Shown in pieces: positions 41,201 to 50,378 of a stretch of DNA of 64,000 bases. Origin of the DNA: an uncultured bacterium (lineage in GTDB: Bacteria > CAYUVA01); assembly GCA_964448115.1 (NCBI GenBank), contig CAYUVA010000018.1:1-64000 (forward strand), in the 5' to 3' direction. Within the stretch, counting starts at the first letter, position 1. Every line of letters begins with the position of its first letter. The notes under the pieces were generated by a model. It ran no database searches. It was given only the letters and a program-made list of their open reading frames with translations, and was not told the DNA's origin. The position numbers were made by a program, and so were the translations under genes.

Positions 41201-41407
41201 GAGAGTATGAATGATGAGCCATTAGAAGTAAGCCTGGTTGAGCCACATAAGATCGACGCCTACCTGGAGAAAACTAAAGAGATAACCCTTGATATAGTCT
41301 CCATGATACGATCAGGAATAATCAGCGCCAAAGCTAATGAGATCGATAAAGACAACTGCCGGTATTGTGATTATACGGATTTCTGCCCACTGGATCGACC
41401 CAAATAA
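38234..41407 (+). CDS. AddB/RexB-like PD-(D/E)XK nuclease subunit
   Basis: GCAGSGKT Walker A, VDGFSDFT, CPYQHF plus CRYCDYTDFC (iron-staple Cys), GKIDRVD...IDYK, QLPIY. Confidence 0.85.
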   Translation: MQVMEANNVEIIGGCAGSGKTSACIEKILDVCQDRAYKTGNILALCANQGLVRKFHEDLLSAGNLPGIAGFKAMTFHQLAIFLLGNLRPINDLLRFKLVQHAMSLVEPEAFNSVIHYPGFIRTAAAIIAEMQQGLIDPKVFLDVSNELIMENIDNEQQQSLIYKSEIKQLHDISLVYNRYLELLETYGLIDEDQLYVQAAKRLDEGTLAPEPIELLVVDGFSDFTDSQFAILRHLVNASHKVVITLTLDSQRPELFQLAERTKRKLHSLGIIKETWLGEPVRFNDEALGAISTRLFGEAASSRKTKPIPGEVYLLRSPRQIIQYEQAALEIHKLVKAGKAKYEDIIVALPQIDENRSFMTRAFELYDIPSSLKDTVSLGKTYTGNRFLSLLKLISPEDEAQQTVDYLYNLSPILDRGDAEVFYIQSMRHGFKGSDDAWKLCLDNREITETGREVMHNVRHQVKDLRETTSLRRFMDKIKHELSEILKYAPKISPDPDRELATSKQILDAMAQIGWYWLHVGIGSEKERIMRFNEDLIRELDSKLVSPSAEGQGVVVASPYELRVSQCKYLFLLNFSIDEFPPRSREHPIIGDRIRRMLSERYRMPFRLAVQRVIENRLLLYQLMTRASDGVYLLYSELGSGDSSERQPSLFFEDIELVAKVKMLTLKANQIVFPFQDTVNHARARLAETHRIIEGVRSRRNLPSVIQHVAQLHPGDGDNNHYYQIFKTAYLYLSPSRKEPKLDDVVIAKIPKLTKVLSESSLRCFSLCPYQHFVRYLIQLRPLPEAYSRLDEGSILHHCLKTIMETYCNSSSSPWSEPLEDCKQALLGYAKAYLDSLADGSSFRGLEPFEVQLEISRLRMLIERFLDWEIPAIYRSRLKPVIFEYKFGGSSTREGNLVIQGQTGEIEITGKIDRVDMNQDKTAASVIDYKLNKIEFALDKLDTGRYLQLPIYLLAVKEVLNKEPVSAQLRSIKRLSSTGIHSTIMASYDESMNDEPLEVSLVEPHKIDAYLEKTKEITLDIVSMIRSGIISAKANEIDKDNCRYCDYTDFCPLDRPK

Positions 41408-41484
41408 ACAAATATACGAAGATACACCTCCAGAACAATGCTCGATGCTCGCTCTCAACAGAGCTTGTATCTCTCGATTATGTA

Positions 41485-42984
41485 TCAGCCTTTGCTTCTA
41501 AATGCAGCCAGAAGCTGGCAGTCATCTGACTGGCGGATCTTTTCCAGCGCCTTTGCCTCGATCTGGCGAATTCGTTCTCTGGTGAGGTTTAAGAATTTGC
41601 CGACCTCTTCGAGGGTGTGCTCCCTTTCATCCTCCAATCCGAAGCGCATCTTCAAGACGATCCTCTCCCTTTCATCGAGCATACGAAACGCCTTGAACAG
41701 ATGCTCGCGCAGGCTGCTTAGCTCCATGCACTCGCTAGGCTGCTCCGAGCAAGGATCCTCGATCAAATCCGATAATTGGCTATCCTCGCTGTCTCCGATC
41801 GGGGCATCCAAAGAGTAGGGCATCTGCAACAGCTCGATGATCCTTTTTACTTGCTCGATGGGCTTCTCCATGGTCTCGGAGATCTCCCTCGGAGTCGGCT
41901 CTCGACCGAGCTTTTGGCTAAGCTGTCTGGCGGTTCTGGTAAAGTGGATTATGGTCTCGTTCATGTGTATGGGCACGCGGATCATGCGGCTCTGGTCGAA
42001 GATCGCCCTGGTTATGGCTTGTTTTATCCACCAGGTCGCATAAGTAGAGAACCTGAATCCCTTTCGATAGTCGAACTTATCCACCGCCCTCATCAGCCCG
42101 ATGTTGCCCTCCTGCAACAGGTCAGCCAGGGGAAGCCCCTTGTTCATGTAGCGCCTGGCGATGCTCATAACCAGACGAATATTGGCAGTAACCATCTTGG
42201 CTTTGAGTTTATGGATCTGATCGATCTTGTTCTTGAACCAAAAGGCTGATTCCTGCAGATCTTCTCCAACCAGGATGGTATATAGTTTCAGGTTCTGATT
42301 GTCCGCTATCGCCTTTTGCTGTTCCCATAGTTTGAGTGCCATTTCCTCCAGGGTCTCCTGTCGGATATCCATTTCGGTTATTGTGTCTTCGATCTTGCGG
42401 TATGACTTGTTAAGTTGCTTCTTGTCCCGCTCGGAAGCGAACTCGTTCACCGTAACCTTGTGATGTAGCTTATCGACCGTCCGTTTTTCCTTGAGCAATT
42501 GTTCTATATTTCTGTTGATTCCATCAGTAATCTTCTTCTTGTCCGCTCTGTTCAAACCTGTGGGCACCTCGAATACACACTCGGACTTGACCTCGGACTT
42601 GTAAACCTTCCTGAGCAGGCTGAAGATGAAATTGAGGGTGATTGGATTGCTGATCAGTCGATGCTTGAGCTCTTCCCAGCAAAGGAAGATGCTCTTGGCT
42701 AGCTCCACTTCATCCTCGCGATCCAGTGGGCGAGACAAAGGCTCGCATTCGAGGAATGCCTTCATTCTTCTAGGGCTCCTTTCTTTCCTTAGTTCATAAT
42801 TATCTTCATATTCTTCATCATGACTAAAATCGGTGATGAAAGATTGCTCTGATGAATAGTCATCGGATATCCCCTGCGGCGAGTAATTATCGATACTGTA
42901 TTTGAACCTTGAATAATACATCTTTGTCACCCCGTTTATCTTAGGGTCATCAGAGCCGAACATATTTTTGATAAGGATTCTCAT
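41485..42984 (-). CDS. Sigma70-family factor, RpoD-like
   Basis: [53 protein letters not shown]...[13 protein letters not shown]. Confidence 0.92.
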   Translation of the reverse strand: MRILIKNMFGSDDPKINGVTKMYYSRFKYSIDNYSPQGISDDYSSEQSFITDFSHDEEYEDNYELRKERSPRRMKAFLECEPLSRPLDREDEVELAKSIFLCWEELKHRLISNPITLNFIFSLLRKVYKSEVKSECVFEVPTGLNRADKKKITDGINRNIEQLLKEKRTVDKLHHKVTVNEFASERDKKQLNKSYRKIEDTITEMDIRQETLEEMALKLWEQQKAIADNQNLKLYTILVGEDLQESAFWFKNKIDQIHKLKAKMVTANIRLVMSIARRYMNKGLPLADLLQEGNIGLMRAVDKFDYRKGFRFSTYATWWIKQAITRAIFDQSRMIRVPIHMNETIIHFTRTARQLSQKLGREPTPREISETMEKPIEQVKRIIELLQMPYSLDAPIGDSEDSQLSDLIEDPCSEQPSECMELSSLREHLFKAFRMLDERERIVLKMRFGLEDEREHTLEEVGKFLNLTRERIRQIEAKALEKIRQSDDCQLLAAFRSKG

Positions 42985-43205
42985 TCGCTTGTTGTTAATG
43001 AGCCGGTCTTTCGATGGTTCCCCCGGTTGTTATCGGGGGTTCGAGCCTGTATCGCCGTTTCTTGATCAGGTGCAGTTTCAACAGCCTTACGCGCTGTTCT
43101 ACCATTTATAACAACCTCAACCAAGACTTTAATCCCATGTCATTATCAAAGACCATAAATTACTTTCGTATAAATTGACGAATATTCAGACAATAATAAT
43201 AGATC

Positions 43206-45836
43206 ATGCGTGATATTTATTGCCTGGTAAGCTACAATGTGGTGGCTCGAAGAATTACGGCAACGATTGGCATCTCAATAATGACAGTATCATCTTTTAA
43301 CTGTTTATGCAAAGCAACCATGAGGCTTTTGTTTTGCTCGCTGCCACTGGGTGCATTTTTTTGGTTCAAGCACTCCATCGACCTTAGCTTCTGTTTTAGC
43401 CAGAAACAGATCTCCTATATCCTGGCATATCCCTCTTTGGAGCTAATACCTTTATTTTGGCTCATTGGTTTTGCGCTGGTAGCAATGACCGCCGTTGTTG
43501 TATCGCTGATTATCAAATATCGAGCAGGGAGGTTTCATGAATTGTCCCTCCCCAAATATGATGCTCCTCTAATCACCATCCTGGAGCGCGACAGCCGCAG
43601 CTACTATTACCTTTGGGTAGCTGCGGCTCCACTGATGGTCATGTTGCCAGCGTTTCGACAGATATCCTACCTGGCTTACTTTATTGCCGTGCAGAGAAGC
43701 TGGATATTTCTGCTCATAGCCCTTGTATTGACCGCCATCGCCAAGCTTCAGGTGCACGATATAAAGCCAGCATTGAGCAGCCTGCCAGAAAGACTAGAGG
43801 CTATCTCCCCTCGCACAATGGCAAGGTTTGTATTTGTTGCAATGCTAATGATCTATCTGGGGTACAATTGCAGCCTACCATCGCGCGGCATCACTGTTAC
43901 CGGCGATGAGCCTCACTATCTGCTGATCGCAGAGAGCCTGATCAGCGATCTCGACCTGGATCACTCGGATGAATACGAACAGCAGATCTACAAACAGTGG
44001 GACATAGATCTGCTTCCCCCGCATGTTTACTGGATAGCCGAGCGCCTGGTGCCGGTACATCATATCGGTCTGCCCCTATTGCTAAGCATCCCTTATGCTT
44101 TGCTTGGTGTGAGCGGGGCGAGGCTTCTTTTGATAGTCATATCAGCGCTTGTTGCCTGCAATATGTACCTTTTCGCCAGAAGCATAACCGGTCGCAGCGC
44201 TTCGGCACTCATCGGCACAATTATAGCCTCGACAACGCTCCCTTTGCTAACCATCTGCAACCAGATCTACCCGGATGTGGTTGCAACCCTGATCACCATC
44301 TATACGCTGCGTATAGCCTATTTGAAAAAAGCATCAAACATGCAGCTCATCATGGCCATTGCAGGCTTATGCTTTCTTCCCTGGTTGCATGTGAAGTACC
44401 TGGCGCACGCTTTGATTTTATTTATCAATATGATCTTTCTGCAACCGAGGAGGCTTATTGCAGGTGGCTTGTTTGTGCCGATGTTTGCTGCTTCTTTGGG
44501 GGCGATGCTTCTTTATTTTAAGCGGATCTACTTCAATTGGCTGCCAAGCGCTCAATACGGGACCATTCCGCTCGAAGTGAAAAATCTTGCCAGGGGCTTG
44601 TTGGGTAACTTCTTCGATCAGGAGGGAGGGCTGTTCATCCTCTCACCGATATATGTCCTTTCGGTTATCGGGATGGTTCATCTGATTAGGAAATTGCGCC
44701 TCAAGGCGATCCCGGTTCTGCTTACCATCGCCTTAGTTCTGCTAGTGATGTGTTCTTATGGGATGTGGTGGGGTGGATGGACGCCGCCCAATCGCTTCAT
44801 AATGCCCATAATTCCCCTATTTGCCGTGATGTTGTGCCTGGCGCTGGATGCGATCAAGATTCTCTCCTTCAGACTGTGGATCTTCTGGCTTAGCTTATGC
44901 TCTTATATCGTCGTACTTACCTTGCTCCGGTATCCGGCTGCGACCTGGATAAACGGCTTCGGACACGGCAATACTTACCTGCGCTGGATTAGTACCGCCG
45001 CTGATATGACCCGATACCTGCCTAGCTACACGATCTGGGAACAGACAAGGGCTACTTATGTAATTACTGCCGTAATTGCACTGGCAGTCATCGCATTCAC
45101 TCTACGATATCAACTTACCAAGCATATTGCAGGGAATAATCAACAAGCCGAACTAAGTCGCCTGGGATTAAAGCAGGTAGCTGCGGTTGCCCTATTCCTG
45201 CTGGTATATTCCGGTATCGTTGAGCGAACCGTTCCCTCCAAGCACTGCCAGACGCTCGATGGCAACAACCAGCGCATGTTATGGGCGATCAATCGCCTGT
45301 CCACGGCGACCGTGCCTGTTGGTGGTATGGTTTGGGATGGTGTTGGAACCATGGATATCTCCGGGATGAAGGTCGTTCCGCTTACCCTTGAGTACCCCTG
45401 TGCAGAGATGCACCATTACCAGGGGACGATCATCGATGATAACCTATCGATCTCGAAAAAGGTGCTTTACGGCGATCCGCTCGAGGACAAGCTCGGCTTT
45501 TTATCTTATGGACCTTATGAGACCCTGCCGGCTGGGGATTATCAGGTTACCTTTATCCTGCGAGCGGATCGGGCAGAAAATGATAATTTACCTTCGGATG
45601 AAACTGTTGCTGCCATCGAGGTTGCAGTAGATCGCACGGGCAGCTTCTTTGTGCGCAGGGAGCTTACCATGGCTGATTTTCCCCAGCCGGACAGATACTA
45701 CCGTTTTACCCAAAGATTTAGTCTGCCGCACCAGGTCAAGGAGGTTGAGCTTCGCGTGGGGTATTATGCCTTGGCGCATGTCTATGCGGATCGCATAATG
45801 CTCACTTATTATTTCAGACAGCGGTCGATTTTCTAG
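43206..45836 (+). CDS. Polytopic membrane protein, GT-C (ArnT/PMT-like) glycosyltransferase with C-terminal extracytoplasmic domain
   Basis: GDEPHY acidic loop motif, many TM helices, WWGGW.PP.RF, C-terminal YGPYETLPAGDY beta-domain; true start may lie downstream. Confidence 0.65.
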   Translation: MRDIYCLVSYNVVARRITATIGISIMTVSSFNCLCKATMRLLFCSLPLGAFFWFKHSIDLSFCFSQKQISYILAYPSLELIPLFWLIGFALVAMTAVVVSLIIKYRAGRFHELSLPKYDAPLITILERDSRSYYYLWVAAAPLMVMLPAFRQISYLAYFIAVQRSWIFLLIALVLTAIAKLQVHDIKPALSSLPERLEAISPRTMARFVFVAMLMIYLGYNCSLPSRGITVTGDEPHYLLIAESLISDLDLDHSDEYEQQIYKQWDIDLLPPHVYWIAERLVPVHHIGLPLLLSIPYALLGVSGARLLLIVISALVACNMYLFARSITGRSASALIGTIIASTTLPLLTICNQIYPDVVATLITIYTLRIAYLKKASNMQLIMAIAGLCFLPWLHVKYLAHALILFINMIFLQPRRLIAGGLFVPMFAASLGAMLLYFKRIYFNWLPSAQYGTIPLEVKNLARGLLGNFFDQEGGLFILSPIYVLSVIGMVHLIRKLRLKAIPVLLTIALVLLVMCSYGMWWGGWTPPNRFIMPIIPLFAVMLCLALDAIKILSFRLWIFWLSLCSYIVVLTLLRYPAATWINGFGHGNTYLRWISTAADMTRYLPSYTIWEQTRATYVITAVIALAVIAFTLRYQLTKHIAGNNQQAELSRLGLKQVAAVALFLLVYSGIVERTVPSKHCQTLDGNNQRMLWAINRLSTATVPVGGMVWDGVGTMDISGMKVVPLTLEYPCAEMHHYQGTIIDDNLSISKKVLYGDPLEDKLGFLSYGPYETLPAGDYQVTFILRADRAENDNLPSDETVAAIEVAVDRTGSFFVRRELTMADFPQPDRYYRFTQRFSLPHQVKEVELRVGYYALAHVYADRIMLTYYFRQRSIF

Positions 45837-45901
45837 TAAAGCCATTGGCGGCTGACTGTTTCTTTGCATTGAATGCGCCATAGAGTAAAATAAAAGGAAT
45901 A

Positions 45902-48550
45902 TTGCTGATTATGGAAGTAATTACTACTCACATCACCGCTGATTTCGATTCGCTTGCAGCAATGCTGGCGGCAAAGAAACTGTATCCAAATGCCCTTATA
46001 GTATTTCCAGGCAGCCTGGAGGACAGCCTCAAGGAGTTTCTTGAAGCTGATATGTTCCCCTATGAGATAACAAAGCTAAGGGATATTGATATAAACGATG
46101 TAGAGTTACTGATCATCGTGGATTGCAGGGACGCCAGTCGGATCGGTCCCTTCGAGCAGATCCTTTATAAACCAGATATTACCATTCACATATACGATCA
46201 TCACCCACCCCCTGATACCCCCATCCAGGCTGACAAGGAAAAGATAGAGATCTACGGCGCTGTTTCTACGCTAATGACTCGACTGCTTCTTAATGAAGGG
46301 ATCTCAATCTCGCCAGTGGAGGCTACTATACTTGCCATGGGCATCTACGAGGATACTGGGATGCTCACCTTTCGCTCCACCACCCCGGATGATCTGAAGA
46401 TCGCTGCAGAGCTGCTTTCTCTTGGAGCAGATCTTAGGCTTCTATCGTTGTATGTCAATCGGGAAATGACCTCACAGCAGGTGAATATATTAAATGACCT
46501 CATCGAATCAGCTCAGATGCATGTGATTCAGGGACATAGTGTAGTTATTGCCTCCACTACTGTACAGGATTATAAAAGCGACCTGGCAAGCATCGTGCAT
46601 AAGTTCAGGGAGATAGAACAGATGGATGTACTGGTTGCTATATTCCTGGTAGAAAATCGTATCCATATAATCCTGCGCAGCAGAACCGATAAGGTAGATG
46701 TGAGCATCATAGCAAAAAAGTTCAATGGTGGAGGACATCCCACGGCAGCCTCGGCGACTGTCAAGAAAAAAACGCTACCCGAGGTTAAGCAAAAGATACT
46801 ACAGGTACTGCACAACGAGGTCTTCAAGCCCAAGAGGGTAGTGGATATAATGAATCGCCCGGTAACCATCCTTTCCCCTGATGACTCGGTGCTCAAGGCT
46901 CAGCAGATCATGAATCGTTTCCGCATAAATTATTTATGCATTGCTGATCCTGGATCATTGCGATTTCTTGGGATCATATCGAGGCCAACAGTCGATAGAA
47001 CCATCGCTCATGGATTGAGCAATAACAGTGTCAGCATGTACATGAGCTCGGAAAGCTCTAGGGCTGATCCCCAGATGCCCCTTGAACAGCTACAGAAGAT
47101 AATGATCGAGGAGAATCAGAAGTTCATGCCTGTAGTCGAGGATAATAAACTAGTCGGCGTTGTTACCCGCATGGATCTGATGAAGAATATGTACGAGCAA
47201 TTGACCGAGAAACCGCGGCTCTTATACGAGGAGAACCAGAGCCATAGCCAGGCTTACCGCAAGAATGTTGCCAGGTTGCTAAGCGAGACGCTCCCTAAAG
47301 AGATAAAGGCGACCATAAATGACATAAGAAGGACCGCTGAGAAAAACGCATTCAGGGTTTATCTTGTCGGTGGCTTTGTACGCGACCTGTTACTATTTAA
47401 GCACAACGAGGATATAGATATAGTGGTAGAGGGAGATGGAATCGAGTTTGCCAAACTACTATCAGCCAGGATAAAGGGTCGCCTGGTTACCCACCGCAAG
47501 TTCATGACCGCAAAGGTCTTCTACCCCAATGGTTTCAGGGTCGATATCGCATCAACTCGCCTTGAATACTACGAGAAGCCGGTCGCCCTGCCCTTTGTGG
47601 AAGCTGGTTCATTGAAGCAGGATCTGTTCCGCAGGGATTTCACCTTCAATGCCATGGCAATAAAACTTGGGGGAAGCGATCATGGAAATATCATCGATTA
47701 TTTCGGCGGGCAAAAAGACCTTAAAGATCGTATAATTCGCGTCATTCACAGCCTGAGCTTCATCGAGGATCCGACTCGAATCATAAGGGCAGCACGATTC
47801 GCACAGCGATTCGACTTCAAGATAGGGAAGCAGACACAGCAATTCATGCAACATGCCATAAATATCAGAACCTTTGATAGTCTCTCTGGAGACCGATTCC
47901 GAAATGAGCTAAGATTGCTGCTTAGCGATCAGAATCCGATCAAGGGAATAAAACTCCTCGCCCAACATAATGTATTGCCTGCCATACATCCTAAGCTAAC
48001 CTATGATGAGAATGTCCATGAGGTATTAAAAGCTGTAGAGGAAGTTATACATTGGTATAGACTCTCATTCATTACTGAAAAGATCGATACATGGATACTA
48101 TACCTGGCATCACTATGTCATCGATTTAGCAGTGCTGAGGTGCAAAAGCTCGTAAAGCGACTCAAACTTAAGAAAAATGATAGGGAGTGCATAGCAGCCA
48201 TTGCTGAACAGACAAAAACCATTACTCAGCAACTTGCTAAATGCGGAGACATGTATAACAGCGAGATCTATCGCATACTTTATAAAAAACCTACGGAGTT
48301 GATCCTGTATGTAATGGCAACTACGAGCAATCCAAAGGTGCGACAGAGAATCTCTCTTTATTTGACAATACTAAAACAGATAAAGATAAACATTAACGGA
48401 AAAGACTTGATGCGGCTAGGACTTGAGCCGGGTCCGTTATATTCAAAGATATTCGATGAGGTAAAGATGGCTCGATTGGATAACAAGGTCTCCAACAGGC
48501 AGCAGGAGCTGGAGCTTGTCCATCAGCTTATCGAGGGTTGGAATAATTAG
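45902..48550 (+). CDS. DHH/DHHA1-CBS-tRNA nucleotidyltransferase (CCA- or A-adding enzyme)
   Basis: THITADFDS, DHH, GGGHPTAASA, CBS pair, VGGFVRDLL..DIDIVVEG, DLFRRDFTFNAMA, EDPTRIIRAARF. Confidence 0.93.
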   Translation: MLIMEVITTHITADFDSLAAMLAAKKLYPNALIVFPGSLEDSLKEFLEADMFPYEITKLRDIDINDVELLIIVDCRDASRIGPFEQILYKPDITIHIYDHHPPPDTPIQADKEKIEIYGAVSTLMTRLLLNEGISISPVEATILAMGIYEDTGMLTFRSTTPDDLKIAAELLSLGADLRLLSLYVNREMTSQQVNILNDLIESAQMHVIQGHSVVIASTTVQDYKSDLASIVHKFREIEQMDVLVAIFLVENRIHIILRSRTDKVDVSIIAKKFNGGGHPTAASATVKKKTLPEVKQKILQVLHNEVFKPKRVVDIMNRPVTILSPDDSVLKAQQIMNRFRINYLCIADPGSLRFLGIISRPTVDRTIAHGLSNNSVSMYMSSESSRADPQMPLEQLQKIMIEENQKFMPVVEDNKLVGVVTRMDLMKNMYEQLTEKPRLLYEENQSHSQAYRKNVARLLSETLPKEIKATINDIRRTAEKNAFRVYLVGGFVRDLLLFKHNEDIDIVVEGDGIEFAKLLSARIKGRLVTHRKFMTAKVFYPNGFRVDIASTRLEYYEKPVALPFVEAGSLKQDLFRRDFTFNAMAIKLGGSDHGNIIDYFGGQKDLKDRIIRVIHSLSFIEDPTRIIRAARFAQRFDFKIGKQTQQFMQHAINIRTFDSLSGDRFRNELRLLLSDQNPIKGIKLLAQHNVLPAIHPKLTYDENVHEVLKAVEEVIHWYRLSFITEKIDTWILYLASLCHRFSSAEVQKLVKRLKLKKNDRECIAAIAEQTKTITQQLAKCGDMYNSEIYRILYKKPTELILYVMATTSNPKVRQRISLYLTILKQIKININGKDLMRLGLEPGPLYSKIFDEVKMARLDNKVSNRQQELELVHQLIEGWNN

Positions 48551-48803
48551 TCGGCATGGGATTGGGGAGTTTGTCTCAAAATGTCCAAGAAGTTCCATAC
48601 CCCGTCATTCCGAGAAGGTAATGACAAGAAGTAGCGCTAGGTGCCTCAAGCATTTGACTTGAAGATCATGATTGATGAAGCTTTTAGGGGGTGATTTGGG
48701 GAATAACCGTTTTTAAGAAAAGGGCTTCCCCCAAGAAAAGTAAATTCAAACTGAAGATCTGGGATCTTGACGCAGAAGTGCATTACTGCGATCATAAAAC
48801 TTA

Positions 48804-50348
48804 ATGAGAACAAAATTGAGCGTTAATCTATTGACCATATTGCTGGCTTTTCTACTTTTTAGTCCATACCATCTTGAAGCAGAGGTACGCCCCAAGTACG
48901 GCGATGCACTAAAAGCGCCATACCTTAAGAAACCATACTTTCCCACCTACCTGGAGCTTACCAGGGTCGCCTGCCAGTTCTCCACCCTGTTTGAGCTTGA
49001 TGAATACGGTAATCCCAAGCCTTGTCTCGTTGAATCATACAACATAAGCGAAGATGGCTTGGAGCTTAGCATTATGCTACGCGAAAAACTCACCTTCCAT
49101 GACCATCGAGAGTTAAACGCTGAAGCGGCTGCGGCTTCCTTGCAACATCTAGCTGATATGCAATGGTGCTATGCCAGGCTGCTTGAGCCTATAAAAGGTT
49201 ACAGGCAGTATATGGATGGCGAAACGGAAGCGATCGAGGGGATCATACCCTCTTCAGAACATCATCTAAGGATCATCCTGGAGGGAAGGTGTAACAACAT
49301 GCTTACCAGGCTTGCTTTTCCAGGATTAGCAATTATGCCTGCGAGTGCAAATTCTAAAACGAGTTACCCATACTCCCCCAGGATCCCCGGCAGCGGAGCT
49401 TTTTATGTAAAGAAGATCAATGATGACGATCAGATAGTCCTCGAGCCGAATCTTGATTATTTCAAGGGGCGTCCTTACTTGAACAATTTATCATTTATCC
49501 CCTCCAACGCTCCTGGGGCAAGCGCAATAGCTATTAAAAACAAGCAGTTAGACCTCGGTTTGATATATGAGCCTACCAATATGAGCCTACTGCCCACTGA
49601 TGCAAAGAAAACCCATGTAAACATACCCTACTCTGTTTTTATACATCTGAACGCAGCCAGATCCCCGTTCGATAATAAAAAGATGCGAAAGGCATTCCTA
49701 TGGCTGATAGATCCTGAGAATACCGTGAAGATCGCCCTTGGTGGAAAAGCGCAATATGCTACCACCATATTGCCACCGAGCATCGCCCTTTACCATGACT
49801 TGATCCGAATCCCTAAGCCAAATGCCCGGGTATCTCAAGCCGCATTGGGAACTATTACAGGTAGATCGCTCACAATGATTATACCAGCCAATGATCCCAT
49901 TGCGGATCGCATCTCGCAGAGACTAAAAACCAGCATGAGGAAGCTGCGACTAAACTTGTCCATAGAGAAACTAGGCTATGCGGACCTGTACTACAGGTAC
50001 AAGACAAAAGAGTATGATCTGGCTTATGTCTCCTTTGAGCCGCATTTCTCAGACCCGCAGCTAGCCTTGGAGGAATTCCTACTTTTATACCATGATCTTA
50101 AGCCAATCGCCTTTACAAGCGACAAGTACTCTGAGATAAAATATTACCTCCTGTTGGCTCAGCGAGCAGAATCTCCAAGTGATGGAGTTCGATTTGTCAT
50201 AAAAGCTGAGCAATTGCTCGCTGAAAAAGTGCTGGATATCTATCTATTTTACAGCAATGCCCAGCTTGGAGCATCAAGTAAGCTACAGGGATTGAGATTT
50301 ATGCCCTGGGGAGTATCCCTTCAGGATGCGTGGATCAGCAGGCATTGA
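48804..50348 (+). CDS. ABC transporter substrate-binding protein (OppA/DppA family 5)
   Basis: Signal peptide; LREKLTFHD, GSGAF, YFKGRPYLN, PFDNKKMRKA. Confidence 0.8.
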   Translation: MRTKLSVNLLTILLAFLLFSPYHLEAEVRPKYGDALKAPYLKKPYFPTYLELTRVACQFSTLFELDEYGNPKPCLVESYNISEDGLELSIMLREKLTFHDHRELNAEAAAASLQHLADMQWCYARLLEPIKGYRQYMDGETEAIEGIIPSSEHHLRIILEGRCNNMLTRLAFPGLAIMPASANSKTSYPYSPRIPGSGAFYVKKINDDDQIVLEPNLDYFKGRPYLNNLSFIPSNAPGASAIAIKNKQLDLGLIYEPTNMSLLPTDAKKTHVNIPYSVFIHLNAARSPFDNKKMRKAFLWLIDPENTVKIALGGKAQYATTILPPSIALYHDLIRIPKPNARVSQAALGTITGRSLTMIIPANDPIADRISQRLKTSMRKLRLNLSIEKLGYADLYYRYKTKEYDLAYVSFEPHFSDPQLALEEFLLLYHDLKPIAFTSDKYSEIKYYLLLAQRAESPSDGVRFVIKAEQLLAEKVLDIYLFYSNAQLGASSKLQGLRFMPWGVSLQDAWISRH

Positions 50349-50378
50349 GATTGAACCTATGGATATCGCCTTTTCCCA

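Noticed and set aside
48697-48733. GGGGAA...TTCCCC inverted repeat as an intrinsic terminator
   Set aside because: The interior is long and imperfect and there is no U-tract on the sense strand; it may be another degenerate repeat.
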